A stretch of DNA of 39,511 nt from a bacterium (GTDB lineage: Bacteria; Babelota; Babeliae; Babelales; JABDEC01): assembly GCA_947481115.1 (NCBI GenBank), contig CANKEI010000002.1, forward strand, positions 1 to 39,511, read 5' to 3'. Positions 32,645-39,511 of this stretch are shown here, in pieces. The stretch's first letter is position 1. Each line of letters starts with the position of its first letter. The notes beneath the pieces were generated by a model. It saw only the letters and a list, made by a program, of their open reading frames with translations, made no database searches and was not told where the DNA came from. A program made the translations under genes and the position numbers.

Positions 32645-35313
32645 AAAGCCTCCAAGTGGCTAATTAAGGCAACATAATCTTTAGGTGTAATTTCTGGCCA
32701 ATTAAAACCTCTATTAGATTTAAGATAAATAAAAGCCAGCGCTGATAATTTAACTGGCGAAGCTGATGTTTCAGCGCGTACTTGATTAATGATGTCCGCT
32801 AAAATATTTTTGTCCCCAGAATCTTTATAGGCGGCAACTAATTTAATATAGCCCGGACCTTTACCAGCTACTTCACTAGTATTCATTCCTAAAGGCCACT
32901 TGGCTGGACCAGGCACGAATGGTGGCTTAGCACTTGTGCCACCGCCTGAGCCACCACCAGCGCCAGAACTTGCATCCGCCGCAGGAGGACTACCTTTAGA
33001 TTCAGCAAAGCCGCCACCTGAGCCACCGCCGCCAGCGCCAGATCCACCAGTACTTGCTCCAAAAATTTTGGCAAATTGTTGATTAGCTTGCTCAGATAGG
33101 TCAGCAATTTCAGAGATTACATTTTGAGATATAACATCGTCTTTAGTGAAACCTAGTGTCAACGATTTAGCTACTATGGCTTCAAGTTGGCTTAATAAAA
33201 ATTCTGCCCTGCTTTTATCTCTTGACATGACTCCACTATGCAATTGTGCCCTAAGTTCTTTGGCATCTTGTAGTAATTTTCTTAATGCTGTCCAGGCTGG
33301 AATTTCACCGCTGCCAGCGCTAGCTTTAAGTCCTTCAATGCGTGCGCTTAAAAGAGCTAGTCTATCATTTATTTTAGTTATAAAACGCGTTTGAACTTGT
33401 GTTATCATAGAATTTAATTGACTAGCAATTGCGGCTAGATTATTTGGATCAATTGCCGACGGAGATGATAGCCCCGTGCTCCAATAAGCCTTAGTAGCTT
33501 CACTGATTTGGTCCACCGATCTTTTAGCATTATCTAAATCTGTAGTTATCTGCTGCCTGACGGCAGCTTGGACTTGCCCGATAGATGCTAGGAGGTTATT
33601 CAGTTTGTGTATGTCAGCAGTTGTTGGTTTAGCTTCATATGTTCCAATATATTTCTCGATATCTAAAATAAACGTATCCAAATCTTTCATACCTATCGTA
33701 ATTGTAATTTTTTCCAGCGCTGTATCTTGAATCTGTTTATATAAGTCTTTGATATTTTGCGTTACACCATTCAAGCTAGTTTCTATTCTGGTGAAATAGT
33801 CAATATCCACCGGAGTCCATGTATATTCAGCTCTTATTTTTGTAAAGAACTGCTGCGTTTTTTCTATTAATCTTGCTAGCAAGAAAGATGCACTTTGGTC
33901 CCTTAGGCTGATTAAATTTATTTCAAGCAAGCTTATGAAATCAGCGCTACTTATCGTGTCAGCAGTAAGTTTGTCGCTGAGAGCTGTGATCTTGGACCTT
34001 ACTTCATTAAGCATACCATTAAAATTTCCATATAAACTATGCAATTCTATTCGCACATCATCAAAATTTCCTACAGATCCACCACCAGCAGATCCACCTG
34101 ATAAAATCCCAATGATTTTTTCAAGTGCAGGTATATCAGCGGTTGGTGCTTCGCTTCTACTTAGAGCTGATTTCACCAATTCTAAACTTTCATTAGCAAT
34201 GTCGAGTGCAGTTTTACCTGTGGCATCTTTTATACTAACATTAGCGTTCTTTCGCAGGAGCAGATCTATTTTATTTTCAATATTTGATTGCCCTTTAAAA
34301 GCTGCCAAAACAGCTAGCATTAGTGGGGTGTGACCATTTGTATCTTGTGCATTAATATCAGCACCATAGTCTATTAATAGTTTGAGATACTGGGTAGCAT
34401 TTAAGCTTGGTGAAATAATGGTATACATAATGGGAGTTTGTTGTTCATGGTTATTTGGAGGTGTGAAATTAACCCAAGCTGCGCGTTGTGCAACGGTGGC
34501 TCTTTTTAAAAAAGCCACTAAATTATTGAAAATTTCCAGACTTTCAGCAGCTTCTCTGTCTTTATTTTCCTGGAGTCTGTGCTGTTCAGCTTCGGCATGT
34601 TCTGCTGTTTCATGTTTTGCGTCTCGATGAGCGTCAGCGTCCACCTCAGTTAAAGTGCCAGATAAGTTAAGTAAAATAGCATGTATTAAAACAGTTTGGC
34701 CATTTAAATCACTAGCATTTAGTATCTCATAAGCGGTGGCATTTGTAGCTGCATCGTGACCGAAAGGGGGGATATTGCTAATTAATAATTTTACCATGTC
34801 GATGCAATTAGCATCGATCGCTAGCATTAGAGCTGTTTTATTTCCTAACTTAATAGCAACACTGTTAAGCTTGGCGCCATAACTTAACGCTTCTCTAACA
34901 TTGGCTATGCCGATAGCATTACATACGCTGGCGAATTTTAGCAATTTTTCAGAAGATTGAGATTCCGGCGTGGCAAATCCATTATCTAAATCATAGGCTA
35001 GCTTTAAAGCATCATCTGTTAAAATTCTTCTTGCTTCGCCAACTTCTTTCCATTTTTTTGCTTGAATAGATTGCTCATCGATTGTAAGCCTGTTGGAAGA
35101 ATCGGGATGCCATTTTCTTAGAAGCTTTTTGATTGCTACATCAATTTCTCGATCAGAAGCGCTTGTAACTAGATCAATAGCTGCATAAATATTAGCAGCC
35201 GGTTTGAACATAGCTAGCAAGTTGACAGAGCCTAGTAATAATGGTGTTAAGATTAAGATATATGTTATGGCAGACAGTGTCTTAGTCGCCAATTTGTTAT
35301 TTAATACTTTCAT
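32632..35313 (-). CDS. signal-anchor plus J-domain (HPD) plus ankyrin-repeat plus long helical region plus Gly-rich protein
   Basis: MKVLNNKLATKTLSAITYILILTPLLL.. then a J domain (IYAAIDL..LRKWHPDSS..ILTDDALKLAYD). ANK repeats follow (GNKTALMLAIDANCIDMVKLLI; NGHTPLMLAV; TGKTALDIA), then poly-Gly/Ser linkers. Confidence 0.75.
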   Translation of the reverse strand: MKVLNNKLATKTLSAITYILILTPLLLGSVNLLAMFKPAANIYAAIDLVTSASDREIDVAIKKLLRKWHPDSSNRLTIDEQSIQAKKWKEVGEARRILTDDALKLAYDLDNGFATPESQSSEKLLKFASVCNAIGIANVREALSYGAKLNSVAIKLGNKTALMLAIDANCIDMVKLLISNIPPFGHDAATNATAYEILNASDLNGQTVLIHAILLNLSGTLTEVDADAHRDAKHETAEHAEAEQHRLQENKDREAAESLEIFNNLVAFLKRATVAQRAAWVNFTPPNNHEQQTPIMYTIISPSLNATQYLKLLIDYGADINAQDTNGHTPLMLAVLAAFKGQSNIENKIDLLLRKNANVSIKDATGKTALDIANESLELVKSALSRSEAPTADIPALEKIIGILSGGSAGGGSVGNFDDVRIELHSLYGNFNGMLNEVRSKITALSDKLTADTISSADFISLLEINLISLRDQSASFLLARLIEKTQQFFTKIRAEYTWTPVDIDYFTRIETSLNGVTQNIKDLYKQIQDTALEKITITIGMKDLDTFILDIEKYIGTYEAKPTTADIHKLNNLLASIGQVQAAVRQQITTDLDNAKRSVDQISEATKAYWSTGLSSPSAIDPNNLAAIASQLNSMITQVQTRFITKINDRLALLSARIEGLKASAGSGEIPAWTALRKLLQDAKELRAQLHSGVMSRDKSRAEFLLSQLEAIVAKSLTLGFTKDDVISQNVISEIADLSEQANQQFAKIFGASTGGSGAGGGGSGGGFAESKGSPPAADASSGAGGGSGGGTSAKPPFVPGPAKWPLGMNTSEVAGKGPGYIKLVAAYKDSGDKNILADIINQVRAETSASPVKLSALAFIYLKSNRGFNWPEITPKDYVALISHLEALWQS

Positions 35314-35373
35314 AAAAACCCCCAAAAATTATAAGTTTAAAATTATTTTACTAATCTATATCTGAATCTTTAT

Positions 35374-36180
35374 TTACCTGTCACCAGCTCCTGTACTACC
35401 ACTACTAGCTTCTAATCTAGCAATTTTAGCTGTTGCTAATCTTGACAATTCTCTGAGCTCACTAAAAATTTTTGCATCACTGGTAGTACTAGTACTACCA
35501 GAAATAGCACTAGCGTTTCTAACTATATCATTGAGCTCAGTCAGTAATATTTTAGCTTCAGCTAGATGACCTAGCCTAGTCGCTCTGTCGATCTCGCTAG
35601 CTGTTGTTTTTGCTAGTTGTGACAAGATACTCATTCCGTTGGCGCTAGTAGCCATAGCTTGTTTTGCCATTTTTAATAATCTCTCAATTTCACTTTTACT
35701 AACGCTTGTTTTAACACTACTAGCAGAACTTATTTCACTGCCAGCACCACCACTACTAGCGCCAGCACCATAAGAACTTGTTCCACCGCCAGCACCACTA
35801 GCACCAGCAGATCTTGTTCCAGTACCAACACCAGCACCAATACCAATACCAGCAGCTTCCAATTGAGTTTCTTTAGTTTGATTTTTAAGAATATTCCAGG
35901 CTTCGGCGATTTCTAACCATTTATCTCGCTGGATAGCTTGTTCTTCAGCAGTCAGCCGTAAAAATCTATCGGGATGCCATTTTCGTGCAAGCTGTATGAA
36001 AGCTGCTCTAATTTGAGAGTCCGTAGCATCTTCAGTTAGACCTAGTGCGGCATAGTGATCTCTTGCGGGGGTAAACATAGCTAGTACATTAATAGAGTTT
36101 AGTAGCAATGGCGTTAAGACCAAAATATATGCGATAGTAGACAGTGTCTTAGTCGCCAATTTGTTCTTTAATATTTTCAT
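35374..36180 (-). CDS. signal-anchor plus J-domain (HPD) plus Gly-rich linker plus helical region protein, paralog of 32632-35313
   Basis: MKILKNKLATKTLSTIAYILVLTPLLL.. then DHYAALGLTEDATDSQIRAAFIQLARKWHPDRF. The N-terminal 45 aa are near-identical to the neighbouring gene. Confidence 0.75.
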   Translation of the reverse strand: MKILKNKLATKTLSTIAYILVLTPLLLNSINVLAMFTPARDHYAALGLTEDATDSQIRAAFIQLARKWHPDRFLRLTAEEQAIQRDKWLEIAEAWNILKNQTKETQLEAAGIGIGAGVGTGTRSAGASGAGGGTSSYGAGASSGGAGSEISSASSVKTSVSKSEIERLLKMAKQAMATSANGMSILSQLAKTTASEIDRATRLGHLAEAKILLTELNDIVRNASAISGSTSTTSDAKIFSELRELSRLATAKIARLEASSGSTGAGDR

Positions 36181-36184
36181 GAAA

Positions 36185-36193
36185 CCCCCCCCC
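36185..36193. repeat. C9 (G9 on the coding strand) homopolymer, with 4 nt between it and the ATG of the J-domain gene
   Basis: Minus strand reads TTATTTTGGGGGGGGGTTTCATG. The paralog has G5 at the equivalent position (35319-35323). Confidence 0.9.
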
Positions 36194-36676
36194 AAAATAA
36201 TTTAAGCTGTAGCTCTATTTCTACTAAATTATAAGTTTAAAATATTATTTTTTATAACTATTTAACTATATTAATTCATAATTACAGGTTAATGGATTGG
36301 TTAAGTGAAAAGCAAGAGTTTAGTTTTTTTGGAATAAATATTTAAAACAGGGTTTAATTTTATATATAAACCGTTGCTTTTTTGTGGGTGAGTAGTCTAC
36401 TCTGAGGAAGAGGGTAGAATATTTGTGGTGGTTATGTTTATAAAGTCGCTCTACTTCACTAAAGTTTCGTAGGGCTGCGGTGAGCCGCGGGAGGTTATGA
36501 TGACGCAATTTGTAATAATTTTATGCATGCTATTATCTGCTGGATTTACAGTAAGTCTATGCAATTTAGGGCTTAAATAGTAGTTCCAGGCAGGTTTATT
36601 AAACTATGTATTGGTTTAATGCTATGCTTACAGGCAGTCTATATTAATAGACTTCTTCCGTAATTCACAGTTTCTA

Positions 36677-36735
36677 CTCGCTACATCCCCCCCCTCGACT
36701 GACGCTCGGGGTGAGCGGGGTTCGGGACGAGCGGG
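36677..36735 (-). repeat. long copy of the GC-rich palindromic repeat family
   Basis: CTCGCTACATCCCCCCCCTCGACTGACGCTCGGGGTGAGCGGGGTTCGGGACGAGCGGG. Differs from the 14508 copy by one extra C in the homopolymer run and one substitution. Confidence 0.9.
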
Positions 36736-36869
36736 AAAAAATTTTATTTCAAGATAGTTACGGAAGAGCTCTATTATGCAAATCCAGAAGCTTAAAAAAT
36801 CTTAATCTCGCTTAATTTTATTAGTAATTTTTCTAGCAGCTACTTTTTAATACTTGGCTTTATGAGTGC

Positions 36870-39362
36870 TTAGGATTTAGAACTTTTAGTGGTCTTGTTA
36901 GCACTGGTTTTACTAATTTTAGGTTTAGCAGCTGGTTTAATGGTACTAGGCTCACTGGTATCAGCTTTAGTTTTAGCTGTTTTAGTTTTACTGCTAGCAA
37001 CACTCTTACTTTTACTACTGCTCTTACTGCCAGACTTGGTTTTGCTGCTACTTCTAGCTAAATAAGTGGCTTTTGAGCCATCAGAACTATAAGTGCAAGT
37101 CTTTGCGCCACAGCTATAAACATCTTGGCCAGCACGGTCAGTTTTTTTACTTAATATGGGTAACTGACATAATGGACAAGCTTGTTCGACTAGTTCGCCA
37201 AAAATCGCAAATTGACACTTCGGATAATTATTACAGCCCCAGAAACTGCCGCCACGCCATTGCCGTTTAATAATGTCGCCCGTTTTACAAATTGGACAAC
37301 TAATACCCAACTTTTCGACCTGAATATATTTACAAGCAGGATAGCCTGAACAAGAAATAAATGGTCCAAAGCGACCGACCATTTTACGTAATTTATTAGC
37401 ATTGCACTTGGGGCAAGTTTCTTCTAATAGCTCAGCTTTATTAATCTGTTTTTCTAGTAATTTAAGTTCACCAGTTTCAGTTTTTTCAAAATTACAAGTG
37501 AAACTACAATCTGGATAACCTGCGCAACCTAAAAATTCGCCATTTTTACTAAATTTAACGACTAGTTTACGATCATGGCACTGGGGGCAGGCGATATCAG
37601 TCATTTGCGGTGCCCGGGCGCCAGATTCTTGAAAGCGTTCTAAATCAGCCTTAAAGTTAGTATAAAATTCGTTTAATAAACTATCGCGTGCAAGTGTACC
37701 GTCCGCGATCTTATCAAGATCTTCTTCCATATGGGCTGTGAACTTAGGGTTCATGATATGGGGTAAATTTTCGACTAATAATGTTGTCACGGCTAGACCC
37801 AATTCGGTAGGCACAAAACGTTTTTTGTCATTTAAAGTGGTATAAGAACGTTCCCGAATGGTATTTAAGATCGTAGCATAAGTACTAGGACGACCAATGC
37901 CCTCTTTTTCTAGCTCTTTAACTAAAGTTGCCTCAGAATATCTGGGTGGCGCTTGCGTAAAGTGCTGCTTAGGGTCGATTTTATTTAAATCTAAATTTTG
38001 TTGGGCGGCTAAATCTTTGGGGATTTTAACAATTTGTTCAGTATCTTCTTCGTCAAGATTATAGACTTTTAAGAAGCCCTCGAAGATCAAAGTAGAGCCT
38101 GTAACTTTAAATTCGAAGCTGTCTTGCAGGCTAGTGTGATTAGTATTAGCACTAGTGCCATTAATAGTCACTTGACGTTGGGCATAGACCGCTGGGTTCA
38201 TTTGAGTTGCGACAAAGCGCTGCCAAATTAGGCGATACAGCTTGGCTTGGTCAGTAGAAACATATTTTTGGACAATGTCAGGATGCAATTCAGTTTTAAT
38301 AGGTCGAATTGCTTCGTGCGCATCTTGGGCTTTACCAGCTTTAGCATAAACTTTGGCGCTAGCCGGCAAATAATCTTTGCCATAGTTGCTAGAAATATAT
38401 TCACGCGCTGATTTTACCGCGGAGTCAGCAATTCGGAGTGAATCGGAACGCATATAAGTGATTAGCGCAATCGGCGAATTAGGGTCATCTAAGGTGACGC
38501 CTTCGTATAAATTTTGCGCAATTTGCATAGTTTTTTTAACCGAAAAACCTAACCTGTTATAAGCAGCTTGCTGTAAAGTACTGGTCATAAAGGGTGGTAA
38601 CGGATTTTTTAGGCGTTGCTTATCTTCAATCGAGCTAACAGTATATTGGGCCTGCTGTAATTTACTGGTGATAGCTTCAGATTCAGCTTGGGTTTTAGGC
38701 TCTGCTTTTTTATTGTTAACTTTAGTTAATTGGGCGCTGAATTCAGCTTTAGCGGCTTTAAAAATCGCATCGATGGTCCAATATTCTACGGCTTTAAAAT
38801 TTAAAATTTCAGTTTCTCGGTCACAAATTAAACGTAAGGCGACTGATTGAACGCGACCAGCAGATAAACCCTTGGAGATTTTACGCCATAAAATTGGGGA
38901 AACTTGATAGCCTACCCAACGATCTAGCACCCTCCTGGCTTGCTGGGCAGCAACTTTGCGTTCATCAATTTCGCCAGGATTAGCGATGGCTTCGAGAATG
39001 GCTTCTTTAGTGATTTCGTTAAAAGTAATTCTAAAAATCTTAGTGCCCTTGGGGATCACTTTGGCAATATCTTGACCGATATGCCAGGCAATAATCTCTC
39101 CTTCACGATCAGGATCGGGTGCCAAATAAATCTCACCACATTTTTGGGCTTCTCGCACAATCTCAGTAATTACTTTTTGTTTATCTTTAAGGACATCATA
39201 TTCTAGTGTGATTTCACCAGACTTAGCTATCTCGACCCCGATTTTACGGGGAGGCAAATCTTTAATGTGTCCAATGGTGGACATCACCCGGAAATCACGA
39301 TCTAAAAACTTGGTGATAGTTTTAATTTTGGCAGGTGATTCGACAATCAATAATTTTTTCAT
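36870..39362 (-). CDS. topA: DNA topoisomerase I with four C-terminal C4 zinc-finger motifs and a Ser/Lys-rich tail
   Basis: Toprim start MKKLLIVESPAKIKTI, DPDREGE, catalytic region ..ITYMRSDS.., and four CxxC..CxxxxxC fingers. Confidence 0.93.
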   Translation of the reverse strand: MKKLLIVESPAKIKTITKFLDRDFRVMSTIGHIKDLPPRKIGVEIAKSGEITLEYDVLKDKQKVITEIVREAQKCGEIYLAPDPDREGEIIAWHIGQDIAKVIPKGTKIFRITFNEITKEAILEAIANPGEIDERKVAAQQARRVLDRWVGYQVSPILWRKISKGLSAGRVQSVALRLICDRETEILNFKAVEYWTIDAIFKAAKAEFSAQLTKVNNKKAEPKTQAESEAITSKLQQAQYTVSSIEDKQRLKNPLPPFMTSTLQQAAYNRLGFSVKKTMQIAQNLYEGVTLDDPNSPIALITYMRSDSLRIADSAVKSAREYISSNYGKDYLPASAKVYAKAGKAQDAHEAIRPIKTELHPDIVQKYVSTDQAKLYRLIWQRFVATQMNPAVYAQRQVTINGTSANTNHTSLQDSFEFKVTGSTLIFEGFLKVYNLDEEDTEQIVKIPKDLAAQQNLDLNKIDPKQHFTQAPPRYSEATLVKELEKEGIGRPSTYATILNTIRERSYTTLNDKKRFVPTELGLAVTTLLVENLPHIMNPKFTAHMEEDLDKIADGTLARDSLLNEFYTNFKADLERFQESGARAPQMTDIACPQCHDRKLVVKFSKNGEFLGCAGYPDCSFTCNFEKTETGELKLLEKQINKAELLEETCPKCNANKLRKMVGRFGPFISCSGYPACKYIQVEKLGISCPICKTGDIIKRQWRGGSFWGCNNYPKCQFAIFGELVEQACPLCQLPILSKKTDRAGQDVYSCGAKTCTYSSDGSKATYLARSSSKTKSGSKSSSKSKSVASSKTKTAKTKADTSEPSTIKPAAKPKISKTSANKTTKSSKS

Positions 39363-39511
39363 AAGCCAGTACTCCCCCTAATGGAATCCCCGTTTTCATA
39401 ACTCTGTGCTAAGTACAAAGCTAATTTAGCTCTAATCTATCAACCAGTAAGTTACACATAAACTATAATTTATAATAAAAATATATTTTATAATAAGGTA
39501 ATTGTTTTCTA

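Noticed and set aside
32889-34630. Several 60-132-aa ORFs on both strands inside the J-domain/ankyrin gene: 32889-33107, 32900-33082, 33146-33394, 33935-34333 and 34382-34630.
   Set aside because: They overlap a long coherent CDS and have Gly/Ala/Ser/Pro-biased or Ser/Leu-rich shadow compositions. These are produced by the Gly-rich linkers and helical repeats of the real frame.
36320-36508. 62-aa minus-strand ORF in the long intergenic region upstream of the J-domain genes.
   Set aside because: It has no SD-like sequence, a His/Lys/Phe/Tyr-rich odd composition, and no motif. It was treated as noncoding; the region is reported as a low-interest finding instead.
2505-36735. Whether the recurring GC-rich repeats could be a CRISPR array.
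   Set aside because: The copies are dispersed over 34 kb in both orientations. They lack regular spacing or unique spacers of uniform length, and there are no cas genes. The pattern fits a REP/RPE/MITE-like dispersed repeat.

Overview
A 39.5 kb AT-rich bacterial chromosomal segment with about 36 protein genes and one tRNA. GC-rich islands occur only in a dispersed repeat family and in Gly/Ala-rich coding tracts.

Housekeeping genes recognised by eye:
- Translation: pheT, gltX, metG, rpsU, rbfA, rsmA, tRNA-Ser(CGA).
- Envelope and shape: an lspA-pgpA fusion, mreB, a glmU-like gene.
- DNA: topA, sbcD-like, comF-like.
- Transport: a potABCD-type polyamine ABC importer and an APC-family permease.

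Interleaved accessory content typical of a host-associated, reduced-genome diderm. The Dependentiae/TM6-like or similar lifestyle assignment is my inference only:
1. A four-gene cluster of small secreted Cys-rich peptides sits between a prepilin-type gene and its prepilin peptidase. In two of them a perfect (CA)n tract lies exactly at the leader/mature junction and currently uncouples the two halves. Each gene is one repeat unit away from an in-frame state, so this is a candidate contingency (phase-variation) locus.
2. A GC-rich palindromic repeat of about 35-67 bp is present in at least 8 copies. It resembles Rickettsia palindromic elements in behaviour. It lies between genes, occurs as inverted pairs, and is inserted in-frame inside potD, metG and the 5' end of lspA.
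3. Two tandem paralogous J-domain (HPD) proteins carry N-terminal signal-anchor-like segments; one also has ankyrin repeats. They are followed by a secreted Cys-rich protein. These are effector-like.
4. Further oddities: an LspA-PgpA fusion, a thioredoxin-reductase-like flavoprotein with an N-terminal hydrophobic leader, a GlmU-like protein lacking most of its acetyltransferase domain, a decayed AAA-ATPase-like/PD-(D/E)XK gene, and two paralogous Cys-containing outer-membrane proteins.

All calls come from reading the ORF translations and the nucleotide sequence. No database search was possible, so novelty claims are unverified.
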